64,000 nucleotides of DNA from Candidatus Latescibacterota bacterium (GTDB taxonomy: Bacteria > Latescibacterota > UBA2968 > UBA8231). The notes beneath the pieces are model-generated. The model was not told where the DNA came from, searched no databases, and saw only the letters and a list, made by a program, of their open reading frames with translations. The first letter of the stretch is position 1. Every line of letters starts with the position of its first letter. Position numbers and translations under genes: made by a program. Positions 41,635 through 51,565 of the stretch are shown piece by piece. The stretch spans positions 32,001 through 96,000 of the forward strand of contig CBDCDC010000002.1 of the NCBI GenBank assembly GCA_965215195.1, given 5' to 3'.

Positions 41635-41793
41635 GATAATCTCCTTTGATCTGGTGTGCTGCGTTGTCTCGGAGGCGATCTCCGAGGTGAAGCACTGGCC
41701 GCTAGAGGCCAGTTTAGACGACGTGTTTCATAAGCGTTCCCTCCTTTCTGTTGCTGTTGAAGAGTGTGGGTTGTTGCTTCAGTAAGACTTATC

Positions 41794-41809
41794 GCAATTT
41801 TCGTGCCAA
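41794..41809 (-). promoter_or_regulatory. sigma54 -24/-12 promoter, unit 1
   Basis: TTGGCACGAAAATTGC matches the TGGCACG-N4-TTGC consensus. Confidence 0.88.
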
Positions 41810-41952
41810 TGCGTGATCAGTGGTCGTCAAGTGCGCTGAGTTCTATGATTGTATGAATCCTAAATGACTGTTAAATAATGTCTTATGAAAAATAAAGAAA
41901 TTTTTATCGCCTGTGTCTCAGGCCCTTGCAAAGTCCTTTTGACGGCCTAAAA

Positions 41953-42014
41953 GTGCGACAATACATCGCACAAATGCGTCGAATTATCGCGTTTAGTGCG
42001 TCTAAACATCGCAC
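41953..42014. promoter_or_regulatory. Triple palindromic upstream activator sequence, unit 1
   Basis: GTGCG-N9-CGCAC x3 with 21-22 bp period. Confidence 0.75.
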
Positions 42015-42314
42015 GGACGCGCCTAGCCAGCCGCCATTGCTGGGCACAGGCTCTGCTGATTGATGTCGCGCAGTCGGGCGAATCGGCGAATCGACGAGTC
42101 TGGCCCTGCGGATCAACGGGATTCCAACGAGTTGGTTTTTCGAGTCCCCACAGGGCACCCACCCCATCCCCGGTAGGGGCTGCTCTTGGGGCGGCCCTCG
42201 CAGTGCTAAGGGACAGAGTAGATGAGGATTGGGGCGGCTGGCCGGCGTGGCCGGACGCGAAAGGGGCAGCCCATAGATCGGACTGCCCCCTCTACTTCCT
42301 TATGGGATTTCAGG

Positions 42315-43886
42315 TTACTTGGCGTCGTAGCGGGCAAAGAGCCGGTTGGCGAGGACAAACAGCCCGACTGCATACAGCAACAGAGAGGTTAGCTCCGGCC
42401 AGGCGTGGCGCAGACTCTGGGCGACGGTCCAGCCGCGTTCCTTAAACCGCGGCAGGTCGCGCAGGTCGGCGCGCCAGCCGGAATCATCGTTGAACCACTC
42501 ACGGGAGCCGAAGGCATCGCGCTCTTCGAGGAAGGTGACGATTTGCCCGCGATAGGTGCGTACTTGGGCAATGAAGTCGTCGTATTCGCGTCGGCTGGTG
42601 CCGGCGCAGGCACTGGCGGCTTGGGCATACGCACCGGCGGGCAGGAGGCGCTGGAGATAGGCATTCCAGCGTTGGATGCGGCGGGGGAAGTTTTCGAGCA
42701 GGGGGGCTTTGGCGTTCCAAGCGGTCTGGGCGTACTTCAGGCGCAGGCGCTCGCCGGTGCGGATGATGTCTTGGAACTTCGTAAGCGCGGGCGAATCGAC
42801 GACATTGGATAGATAGAAACCGGCAATATGCTCTTTCAGTTCAGAGTATGGGCCACCCATAATGTTCAATACCGTTCCGCGTCTTCCCTGTGGAGGGAGC
42901 TGCTCGACCATGCGGACGGGCGGATACTTGGTCTGGCCGTGCGTCCGAGCGAGGTCAGTAGCCTCTTGATCGAACTTCTTCCACACTTGCGCGGCTTGGT
43001 GATGGGCTCGCTCGTGCTTTTCGCCCATGTTGGCCTGCTCGTTGAGCAAGGCCGTGATGCTGTCGGGCAGCACAATCGCCAGCAACGCCCACGTGAACAG
43101 CGCGTAAATCAAGCTGGTCGCCGAGCGATGGGTCGCGCACGAGATGGCCAGCCCAATCAGGTAGAACACCAGCAGATACAGCAGCGACAGCGCCAACAGC
43201 AGCCCCAACCGCACCCATTCGCCGAGCCCGACTTCGATATATTCGGTGCCCAACAGCAAGATCGTCAGCAGGATAAAGCCCAAGGCCGTTGGAATGGCCA
43301 GTGTGGTCAGGCCGGCGAGGACTTTGCCGGCGAGGACTTGGGCGCGGCTGACGTTGGTGGTCAGCATCAGCCGCAGGGTGCCGTCCTCCTTCTCGCCGGA
43401 GATGGTCTCGCTGGCGATGAGGATGGCCAACAGGCCGAGCACGAGTTGGAAGATGTACACGATGTCGAAGGAGGCAAAGATGGCGAGGTAGGGATTACCC
43501 GACTGGAAGGGGGCAATCGCCTCGGTTTGGTAGGGCACCTCGAAGAGCAAGACTTTGACGGCTTGCCCCACCTCTTGTTCGACGCCTTGGGCGAACACTT
43601 GTAGGGGGCGCGGGGGCCGTAGCGCACGCGGGGCCGCCTTAGCTACTAAATCCCCCGTGACCGAAGCGTTGTAGTCCGTGCCTAGGGCCGAATATAGGGT
43701 GATTTCGTGCAGTTTGGTTTCCTCAACGGCGCGTTGCGTGAGGTAACTGGCCTTTTTCTGGACATAAGCCTGGCTGGTGAGCAGCCCGTTGGCGATGATG
43801 AGCACCACCGCGAGGGCGGTGCAAGCGGCGAAGCGCTGGCTGAGCAGATGGCTGAGCATCTCTTTTTTGAACACAATGCCGATCAT
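42315..43886 (-). CDS. ABC-2-like permease type A, copy 1
   Basis: VFKKEMLSH, GEKEDGTLRLML, LAGKVLAG. Confidence 0.85.
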   Translation of the reverse strand: MIGIVFKKEMLSHLLSQRFAACTALAVVLIIANGLLTSQAYVQKKASYLTQRAVEETKLHEITLYSALGTDYNASVTGDLVAKAAPRALRPPRPLQVFAQGVEQEVGQAVKVLLFEVPYQTEAIAPFQSGNPYLAIFASFDIVYIFQLVLGLLAILIASETISGEKEDGTLRLMLTTNVSRAQVLAGKVLAGLTTLAIPTALGFILLTILLLGTEYIEVGLGEWVRLGLLLALSLLYLLVFYLIGLAISCATHRSATSLIYALFTWALLAIVLPDSITALLNEQANMGEKHERAHHQAAQVWKKFDQEATDLARTHGQTKYPPVRMVEQLPPQGRRGTVLNIMGGPYSELKEHIAGFYLSNVVDSPALTKFQDIIRTGERLRLKYAQTAWNAKAPLLENFPRRIQRWNAYLQRLLPAGAYAQAASACAGTSRREYDDFIAQVRTYRGQIVTFLEERDAFGSREWFNDDSGWRADLRDLPRFKERGWTVAQSLRHAWPELTSLLLYAVGLFVLANRLFARYDAK

Positions 43887-43916
43887 GGGGTGGCTCCTAT
43901 GAGTGGAAGGCGAACG

Positions 43917-44043
43917 GGCGGGATGCCGTCTCGGTCATCTCGTCGGGCGATACCTCACTGTAACGCTCGTGAAAGTGCAACAGGTCGCGCAAGACTAATT
44001 CGGCGGGAATGAGCGGATCGGGCCAGATGCCGGCCCGCCACAG
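43917..44043 (-). pseudogene. Remnant of the 3' end of a GT2 gene paralogous to 62828-63883
   Basis: LWRAGIWPDPLIPAELVLRDLLHFHERYSEVSPDE vs LWRAGIWPDLLIPAELVLRDLLHLHERYSEVQPDE. Confidence 0.85.
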
Positions 44044-44136
44044 GTTGCCCCGGAATAGCGATTAAGCCACTATCCCGGGGCGGGTTAGGTGGAAGGTGAG
44101 GGCGGTTGGTCTAGACCAGCCGCTCCTGAAGGGTGG

Positions 44137-44319
44137 TTAGGAGCTGCATACCGCACTCCCGTTTGCGTCGCACTTGCACTCAACTATCCAACCGATTGCG
44201 GAGCACGATGAACCGTTAGGGCAAGTGATGCTGCACCAAACAGCCTCGGCCTTCTGCGGCAGGAAGCTGACGATCAAGCCCGTGAGGCTAATGGCCAGCC
44301 GGATGATGCGCTTTTTCAT
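44137..44319 (-). CDS. Small secreted 6-Cys peptide P2
   Basis: Same leader as P1; core VWCSITCPNGSSCSAIGWIVECKCDANGSAVCSS. Confidence 0.85.
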   Translation of the reverse strand: MKKRIIRLAISLTGLIVSFLPQKAEAVWCSITCPNGSSCSAIGWIVECKCDANGSAVCSS

Positions 44320-44478
44320 GATAATCTCCTTTGATCTGGTTTGTTGCGTTGTCTCGGAGGCGATCTCCGAGGTGAAGCACTGGCCGCTAGAGGCCAGTTT
44401 AGACGACGTGTTGCATAAGCGTTCCCTCCTTTCTGTTGCTGTTGAAGAGTGTGGGTTGTTGCTTCAGTAAGACCTATC

Positions 44479-44494
44479 GCAATTTTCGTGCCAA
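44479..44494 (-). promoter_or_regulatory. sigma54 promoter, unit 2 (UAS at 44638-44699)
   Basis: TTGGCACGAAAATTGC. Confidence 0.88.
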
Positions 44495-44841
44495 GTCGTG
44501 GACAATGGTCGTCAATCGCGCTGAGTTCTATGATTGTATGAATCCTAAATGACTGTTAAATAATGTCTTATGAAAAATAAAGAAATCTTTATCGCCTGTA
44601 TCTCAGGCCCTTGCGAAGTCCTTTTGACGGCCTAAAAGTGCGACAATACATCGCACAAATGCGTCGAATTATCGCGGTTAGTGCGTCTAAACATCGCACG
44701 GACGCGCTTGGCTTTGACGGTAGGCGGTGGATGGTGCGGGACGGGTAGATGGGGATTGGGGCGGCTGGCCGGCGTGGCCGGACGCGAAAGGGGCAGCCCA
44801 TAGATCGGACTGCCCCCTCTACTTCCTTCTGAGATTTCGGG

Positions 44842-46416
44842 TTACTTGGCGTCGTAGCGGGCAAAGAGCCGGTTGGCGAGGACAAACAGCCCGACTGCAT
44901 ACAGCAACAGAGAGGTTAGCTCCGGCCAGGCGTGGCGCAGACTCTGGGCGACGGTCCAGCCGCGTTCCTTAAACCTCGGCAGGTCGCGCAGGTCGGCGCG
45001 CCAGCCGGAATCATCGTTGAACCACTCGCGGGAGCCGAAGGCATCGCGCTCTTCGAGGAAGGTGACGATTTGCCCGCGATAGGTGCGGACTTGGGCCATG
45101 AAGTCGTCGTATTCGCGTCGGCTGGTGCCGGCGCAGGCACTGGCGGCTTGGGCATACGCACCGGCGGGCAGGAGGCGCTGGAGATAGGCATTCCAGCGCT
45201 GGATGCGGCGGGGGAAGTTTTCGAGCAGGGGGGCTTTGGCGTTCCAGGCGGACTGGGCGTACTTCAGGCGCAGGCGCTCGCCGGTGCGGATGATGTCTTG
45301 GAACTCGGCGAGTGCGGGCGAATCGACGACATTGGATAGATAGAAACCGGCAATATGCTCTTTCAGTTCAGAGTATGGGCCACCCGTAATGTTAAATAGC
45401 GTTCCGCGTCCCGGCTGTGGAGGGAGCTGCTCGACCATGCGGACGGGAGGATACTTGGTCTGGCCGTGCGTCCGAGCAAGGTCGGTGACCTCCTGATCGA
45501 ACTCCTTCCACACTTGCGCGGCTTGGTGATGGGCTTGGGCATGCTTTTCACCCATGTTGGCCTGCTCGTTGAGCAAGGCCGTGATGCTGTCGGGCAGCAC
45601 AATCGCCAGCAACGCCCACGTGAACAGCGCGTAAATCAAGCTGGTCGCCGAGCGATGGGTCGCGCACGAGATGGCCAGCCCAATCAGGTAGAACACCAGC
45701 AGATACAGTAGCGACAGCGCCAACAGCAGCCCCAACCGCACCCACTCGCCGATTCCGACTTCGATGTACTCGGTGCCCAACAGCAAGATCGTCAGCAGGA
45801 TAAAGCCCAAGGCCGTTGGAATGGCCAGTGTGGTCAGGCCGGCGAGGACTTTGCCGGCGAGGACTTGGGCGCGGCTGACGTTGGTCGTTAGCATCAGCCG
45901 CAGGGTGCCGTCCTCCTTCTCGCCGGAGACGGTCTCGCTGGCGATGAGGATGGCCAGCAGGCCGAGCACGAGTTGGAAGATGTACACGATGTCGAAGGAG
46001 GCAAAGATGGCGAGGTAGGGATTACCCGACTGGAAGGGGGCAATCGCCTCGGTTTGGTAGGGCACCTCGAAGAGCAAGACTTTGACGGCTTGCCCCACCT
46101 CTTGTTCGACGCCTTGGGCGAACACTTGTAGGGGGCGCGGGGGCCGTAGCGCACGCGGGGCCGCCTTATCTACGAATGAATCCCCCGAGACCGACTCGCT
46201 GTGGTCCGTGCCTAGAGCCGAATAATGGGTGATTTCGTGCAGTTTGGTCTCCTCAACAGCGCGTTGCGTGAGGTAGCTGGCCTTTTTCTGGACATAGGCT
46301 TGGCTGGTGAGCAGACCGTTGGCGATGATGAGCACCACCGCGAGGGCGGTGCAAGCGGCGAAGCGCTGGCTGAGCAGATGGCTGAGCATCTCTTTTTTGA
46401 ACACAATGCCGATCAT
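44842..46416 (-). CDS. ABC-2-like permease type A, copy 2
   Basis: Close paralog of 42315-43886. Confidence 0.85.
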   Translation of the reverse strand: MIGIVFKKEMLSHLLSQRFAACTALAVVLIIANGLLTSQAYVQKKASYLTQRAVEETKLHEITHYSALGTDHSESVSGDSFVDKAAPRALRPPRPLQVFAQGVEQEVGQAVKVLLFEVPYQTEAIAPFQSGNPYLAIFASFDIVYIFQLVLGLLAILIASETVSGEKEDGTLRLMLTTNVSRAQVLAGKVLAGLTTLAIPTALGFILLTILLLGTEYIEVGIGEWVRLGLLLALSLLYLLVFYLIGLAISCATHRSATSLIYALFTWALLAIVLPDSITALLNEQANMGEKHAQAHHQAAQVWKEFDQEVTDLARTHGQTKYPPVRMVEQLPPQPGRGTLFNITGGPYSELKEHIAGFYLSNVVDSPALAEFQDIIRTGERLRLKYAQSAWNAKAPLLENFPRRIQRWNAYLQRLLPAGAYAQAASACAGTSRREYDDFMAQVRTYRGQIVTFLEERDAFGSREWFNDDSGWRADLRDLPRFKERGWTVAQSLRHAWPELTSLLLYAVGLFVLANRLFARYDAK

Positions 46417-46447
46417 GGCGCATCTCCTTAGGAAAGGGACTTAGTGG

Positions 46448-47452
46448 TCAAGCGGCCATGGCCTTAAGGACCGCTTGGCTCTGCATCTCCATACCGAGCT
46501 GCTTAAACAGACGCAACGCCGCCACCCATTCTGCCAACGCCCGTTGCTTGTTGCCATCCTGTCGTGCGTACAGATTGCCCAAGGATACGTAGTTGAAAGC
46601 CTGCATCCGCGCGTTCCCTAGCTGTCGGCACAAGTCCATAGAAGCCTGTATATGCCGTTGCGCCATCGCGAGGTCGCCGGCTGTCATGTAGAGGTCGGCC
46701 AGCAGCGTCGCCATGCCACAGCGGCCTTGGGCATGCCCCTGCGCCACGTAGATGCTCAAGGCTTCGTTGCCGTTGCTCAAGGCGCGGTCTATGTGGCCTA
46801 AGTTGCGGCAGACCGAAGCAATGGAGCCGAGTTGCAGGGCTACTTCAAGGGGCGTCCCTTGCTGCCGGGCGGCCGTGAGGCCGGCCGTGAAGTGGTGCAG
46901 GGCTTGCGCTGAGTCGCCGCGGCGCAGGGCCAGTTGCCCCAAGCTGTTGAGCAGGTTGCCCGGCACGTCGTCGTCGTAGAGGGCGCGGCTGCGCTGGAGC
47001 CACTGTTGGGCTTCCGCCAAATCGTTCTGCTGCATGTAGAGGTTGCCCATGTTGTTGGCCATCTTGGCGGCGAGGGCGGCATCGCCGCCTTGTTGGGCGT
47101 GCTGTATGGCCTTGCGGTAGTACGCGGTGGCTTCGGCAAAGCGGGATTGGCTTTGTTTGATGAAGCCGACGTTGCCTTCGGCCTCGGCTACATCGCATAG
47201 GGAGCGGCTCGGCGAGCAAGCGGCCAATGCCTCTTGGAAGTATTGTAGCGATCCGTCGAGGTCGCCGGCGATCTCGCAGTGGTGGCCGAGCTGGGTGCAA
47301 ACCTCAAACAGCCCCTTTTGGCATCCCTCGGCGCGAAAGAGCCGGCGCGCTGTTTGGTAGTGGGTGGCCGCTTGCTCGTGTTGCCCCTTTTTGCGGCAGG
47401 TATAGCCTAATTGGAGATGCGTCCACGCCTTGGTTGTCTTTGGCGAACTCAT
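46448..47452 (-). CDS. Tetratricopeptide repeat protein
   Basis: Repeated LG..Y...G....A..Y...A helices. Confidence 0.85.
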   Translation of the reverse strand: MSSPKTTKAWTHLQLGYTCRKKGQHEQAATHYQTARRLFRAEGCQKGLFEVCTQLGHHCEIAGDLDGSLQYFQEALAACSPSRSLCDVAEAEGNVGFIKQSQSRFAEATAYYRKAIQHAQQGGDAALAAKMANNMGNLYMQQNDLAEAQQWLQRSRALYDDDVPGNLLNSLGQLALRRGDSAQALHHFTAGLTAARQQGTPLEVALQLGSIASVCRNLGHIDRALSNGNEALSIYVAQGHAQGRCGMATLLADLYMTAGDLAMAQRHIQASMDLCRQLGNARMQAFNYVSLGNLYARQDGNKQRALAEWVAALRLFKQLGMEMQSQAVLKAMAA

Positions 47453-47462
47453 GGTAGCCTCC

Positions 47463-48410
47463 TTATCGCGTCAGGGCCAGCACGGGTATGCGCACCTGCT
47501 CTGCGCCGATTTGCACCTCTACGCCACAGTGCAGCGTGCCAGTGGGGAAATCGCTCGTGTTGCGGATCTGGACGACTAAGCTGTTGTCGGCTTCTCGCTG
47601 GTATGCGATGTCCAGTTGCACCTCGCCGCACACGGGCGACGCCTGTACGGGTGCGTCGATCAATTTCGCTGGCAAGCCCACGCGTACTTGGCGCGTCTCG
47701 CGCCGCTGCGCTGCACCCACGCCGAAGGACGCGCTCTGCGGCGCTAGGCTAAAGCGAGGGCTGACCCGTCCGCGCACTTGGATGGAACGGGGAGACGCTT
47801 CGCCCTCGGCAGCAATCGTCGCTTCAATGGTGGCGACGATGCGATCGCCCCACGTCAGGCCCGCGGCCGGGGTGAGCTCTAGGGCGGTGCCATCGTCCAC
47901 TACCGACGCCTCTATGCCTTTTCCCGCGACCTGCACTTGGCGAATGTGTCGCGGCTGCCCGTTGATCTGCGCGAGGGGAATGCGGCGGATGATGGAGGAT
48001 AGATCGTCGCCTTGGATCGTCCCTAGGTGCAGTTTGCTGGGCAGCATGGGCACGACCTGTCCCTCCAACTGCAACTGCCATTTATCGGCTTGGCCGGCCA
48101 CGCTAAAGTCAATGCTGGGGGTAAAAGTCCCGGCGCGCCCCGAAGTGTCGATCTGGTAGGCAATCGAGTACGTCTCGCCGGCCTTCAACGGCCCTTGGGG
48201 GAACTCGACGCCGGTGCAGCCGCAGCCGGGTTCGGCCGCGACGATTTCCATGTCGTAGGGCGCGACAAAGCGCACCTCGCCGGTCGTGCCCTCGCTGTCG
48301 TAGGTCGTGCCGTACTCAGCGGTCTGCGGCAGTTCGTCGGCATGGGCCCAGCCCGTGTAAAATACGGCGACTAGGGCCGCTACTTTTAGCGTTAGGTTGT
48401 TCATGATCAT
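47463..48410 (-). CDS. DUF1573-like Ig-fold secreted protein
   Basis: Signal peptide; EPGCGCT..PLKAGE..IDTSGRAG. Confidence 0.75.
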   Translation of the reverse strand: MIMNNLTLKVAALVAVFYTGWAHADELPQTAEYGTTYDSEGTTGEVRFVAPYDMEIVAAEPGCGCTGVEFPQGPLKAGETYSIAYQIDTSGRAGTFTPSIDFSVAGQADKWQLQLEGQVVPMLPSKLHLGTIQGDDLSSIIRRIPLAQINGQPRHIRQVQVAGKGIEASVVDDGTALELTPAAGLTWGDRIVATIEATIAAEGEASPRSIQVRGRVSPRFSLAPQSASFGVGAAQRRETRQVRVGLPAKLIDAPVQASPVCGEVQLDIAYQREADNSLVVQIRNTSDFPTGTLHCGVEVQIGAEQVRIPVLALTR

Positions 48411-48449
48411 CTTGCTCCTGAGTTAGTGGTGTGGAAGTGCCTCAGTTCG

Positions 48450-49889
48450 TTAGACGATGCTGGCTCGCAGCCATGCTCGGTAGGCCAGCATGTAGGTGAG
48501 CGTGGCGAAGAAGAAGAGGCCGATGACATCGACGACCGCGTGGCGTAGCAGGGTGGTCGCCGACATCTCCTCGGTAAAGACCGGCAGGGTGTCGGGGTCG
48601 ATCTTCTGCCGCGATAGCCCTTGGGCGATGTGGATGTGCATGCTTTTGGGATCGTCGCGGTCGAGGGTGAGCATGGTCTGCTTGAACTGCTGGACGTAGA
48701 TGCGCGCCTGCTCGACAAAGCTTTTGTGGCGCGCCAGTCCGGTGCCGGCGAGGGCCTCCATGCCGTATTGGAAGCAGCCGGTCGGCGACAGGCGCACGAT
48801 GTGGCGGGCTTTTTCGACCTCCCCGAGGCTGTAGGCCAAAAATTCGTCTTCGCGGTTTTGGAGAACCCGAAGAAAGGCGTGGTCGGCCTCGGCGAACTGG
48901 CGCAATTTTTTGGGGTTTCTCAGATCGCGCCTCCGCGCATTGTTCCTATAGCGAGGAATTTCCATTTTTTCTGGAGGGTTAAACTCCCACTCCATTACAA
49001 CTGCCTCCCCGAATTCGCGGACCACCACGCGGGAGGCCAGCGCACCGCCAGCCGATGGCCAGAGCAACACCCCGCAGGTCCACAGCAACAGCACGCCCAC
49101 CAAGCTGGAGCGCGTGGTGCTGCTTCGTATCGACACCCACAGCCCCAATGCAACAAAGCAGGCCAGATATAGCAGGGCTAGGCCGACCATGCCGATCAAG
49201 CGCCCGGCCTCGACGAGGCCCAAGTTTATCTGCGAGAGTGCGAGGACGATGAGCAAGTTGACGACAATGGCGAGGCTGAGCACGAGGGCGAGAGCCAGCA
49301 TCGCGCCGAGGAACTTGCCCAACAGCAGGGTGTGGCGCGGCAGGCTCTGCGCCATGACCAGCTTGAGGGTGCCGCGCTCTTTTTCGCCGATGAAGGCGTC
49401 AAAGGTGAACAGCAAGGCCATGAGGCTGAGCAGGCCGCCGATGATAAAGACCCAGTCGATGGCTCGGGTCTTCATCAGTTGGCTGGTCTTGGGGGCCCAG
49501 ATGCCTTCAATGTCCCAATAGATGAGTGGAAAGGGATCGTAGAACCAAGTGCCGCTGTACTGAAATCGCCAGCTCGGCGTCCACAGGCGCTCGGGCAGGG
49601 CGTCGTTGGCACCAACGGCGCAGAACATGAGGGGGCTGGGTTTTTTATAGATATAGTCCTGCCCCCCATGGACGATCAGCTTCCACAAGCCCATTTGGGC
49701 GTTGCGGCGGCCGATTTCTTGCTCGGCTTGGACCTGTTCGAGATAGAGGTCGCGCCGGAACTCATACGAGCCGCCGACAAAGCTGAGGGCGTTGAGCACC
49801 ATCAGCCCTACGATCAGCACGAGGGCCAAGCTGAAGCGCAGGCTGATGAGGTGATCGATCAGTTCGCGTTTTACAATGGCTGCGAGCAT
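48450..49889 (-). CDS. ABC-2-like permease type B, copy 2
   Basis: Close paralog of 38788-40227. Confidence 0.85.
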   Translation of the reverse strand: MLAAIVKRELIDHLISLRFSLALVLIVGLMVLNALSFVGGSYEFRRDLYLEQVQAEQEIGRRNAQMGLWKLIVHGGQDYIYKKPSPLMFCAVGANDALPERLWTPSWRFQYSGTWFYDPFPLIYWDIEGIWAPKTSQLMKTRAIDWVFIIGGLLSLMALLFTFDAFIGEKERGTLKLVMAQSLPRHTLLLGKFLGAMLALALVLSLAIVVNLLIVLALSQINLGLVEAGRLIGMVGLALLYLACFVALGLWVSIRSSTTRSSLVGVLLLWTCGVLLWPSAGGALASRVVVREFGEAVVMEWEFNPPEKMEIPRYRNNARRRDLRNPKKLRQFAEADHAFLRVLQNREDEFLAYSLGEVEKARHIVRLSPTGCFQYGMEALAGTGLARHKSFVEQARIYVQQFKQTMLTLDRDDPKSMHIHIAQGLSRQKIDPDTLPVFTEEMSATTLLRHAVVDVIGLFFFATLTYMLAYRAWLRASIV

Positions 49890-49919
49890 GGGGAAGCCTC
49901 CTTCTTTGGAGTCAGCGGA

Positions 49920-50735
49920 TTAGATGAGGTTGAACAGAAAGTTCTGCGGCACGCCGCCGCTGAAATAGGCCTCTACATGGCACCACATAGCCCGCTCTGG
50001 ATCCCAGACCAGCCGAAAGAAGGCCGGGGTGCGCCCCTGCCACGGCCACGGGGAGACCCCGGGCGGCTCTTCGACGATGAACATGATGTCGGCAAAAGTC
50101 AACGACTCGCCTGCCTGTAGAGCTTCCTCCACCTCGTCGCGTAGTTTGGGGTGAAAATTCAAGGTGGTTTTGGGGACCATGCCGTGCGTCTGGAGGTATA
50201 ACCTATAGCTATCGTACGCCTCCTGCATCTCGAATACCTTGAACGCGCTGTCGAAAAAGGACGCGTTCTCGAAAAAGTAATCGCGCTTCGTCATGCCGAG
50301 TATGGCTCTGTGCCCGGCTGCAAACATGGCAAAGGGCGTCTCGCCGATGGGGGCGTCTCTGCTCGCGAGAAATTCTTGCAGGAACTCTATCCCGTCGGGA
50401 TTATGCACACCCTCGCGAAGGTAAAACGCGGCGGCGAGGCTGTCGCTGCCCGAAGCCGAAAAGGCGACCAAGAGTTCGTAGAGCCAATCGCGCAATGCGG
50501 CTTCTTGCGCTAGGTCAATGGGAGCACCCAGATCAACGGGGATCGCCTCGACCGCTTGCCGCAATGCGGCCCCGGCCTCGACCTTCATCATCTCCTGACC
50601 GTGGATGTAGTCGTAGAAGATTTGCAGGCTGTCGGGGTGGGATGAAAAGCCGCCGTAGTGGGACTTGCCTTCCTGTTCTACGCACGCCGACTGGGCGAAC
50701 CAAGCGGTGATTAGGGTGAAATACAAAGTTTTCAT
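49920..50735 (-). CDS. Unrecognised secreted family, paralog H2
   Basis: Family motifs; possible lipobox QSAC. Confidence 0.85.
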   Translation of the reverse strand: MKTLYFTLITAWFAQSACVEQEGKSHYGGFSSHPDSLQIFYDYIHGQEMMKVEAGAALRQAVEAIPVDLGAPIDLAQEAALRDWLYELLVAFSASGSDSLAAAFYLREGVHNPDGIEFLQEFLASRDAPIGETPFAMFAAGHRAILGMTKRDYFFENASFFDSAFKVFEMQEAYDSYRLYLQTHGMVPKTTLNFHPKLRDEVEEALQAGESLTFADIMFIVEEPPGVSPWPWQGRTPAFFRLVWDPERAMWCHVEAYFSGGVPQNFLFNLI

Positions 50736-50860
50736 CGGTACACCTCTTCTGGGTTTGGGTTGGGTTGCCCCGGAATAGCGGCGATTAAGCCACTATCCCG
50801 GGGCGGGTTAGGGTTGGAGGAGAGGGCGAGTGGCCTAGAGTAGCCGCTCCTGAAGGGTGA

Positions 50861-51043
50861 TTAGGAGCTGCATACCGCACTCCCGTTTGCGTCGCACTTG
50901 CACTCAACTATCCAACCGATTGCGGAGCACGATGAACCGTTAGGGCAAGTGATGCTGCACCAAACAGCCTCGGCCTTCTGCGGCAGGAAGCTGACGATCA
51001 AGCCCGTGAGGCTAATGGCCAGCCGGATGATGCGCTTTTTCAT
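50861..51043 (-). CDS. Small secreted 6-Cys peptide P3 (protein identical to P2)
   Basis: Translation identical to 44137-44319. Confidence 0.85.
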   Translation of the reverse strand: MKKRIIRLAISLTGLIVSFLPQKAEAVWCSITCPNGSSCSAIGWIVECKCDANGSAVCSS

Positions 51044-51202
51044 GATAATCTCCTTTGATCTGGTTTGTTGCGTTGTCTCGGAGGCGATCTCCGAGGCGAA
51101 GCACTGGCCGCTAGAGGCCAGTTTAGACGACGTGTTGCATAAGCGTTATCTCCTTTCTGTTGCTGTTGAAGAGTGTGGGTTGTTGCTTCAGTAAGACTTA
51201 TC

Positions 51203-51218
51203 GCAATTTTCGTGCCAA
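51203..51218 (-). promoter_or_regulatory. sigma54 promoter, unit 3 (UAS at 51362-51423)
   Basis: TTGGCACGAAAATTGC. Confidence 0.88.
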
Positions 51219-51565
51219 TGCGTGATCAGTGGTCGTCAATCGCGCTGAGTTCTATGATTGTATGAATCCTAAATGACTGTTGAATAATATCTTATGAAAA
51301 ATAAAGAAATTTTTATCGCCCGTCTCTCAGGCCCTTGCGAAGTCCTTTTGACGGCCTAAAAGTGCGACAATACATCGCACAAATGCGTCGAATTATCGCG
51401 GTTAGTGCGTCTAAACATCGCACGGACGCGCTTGGCTTTGACGGTAGGCGGTGGATGGTGCGGGACGGGTAGATGGGGATTGGGGCGGCTGGCCGGCGTG
51501 GCCGGACGCGAAAGGGGCAGCCCATAGATCGGACTGCCCCCTCTACTTCCTTCTGGGATTTCAGG

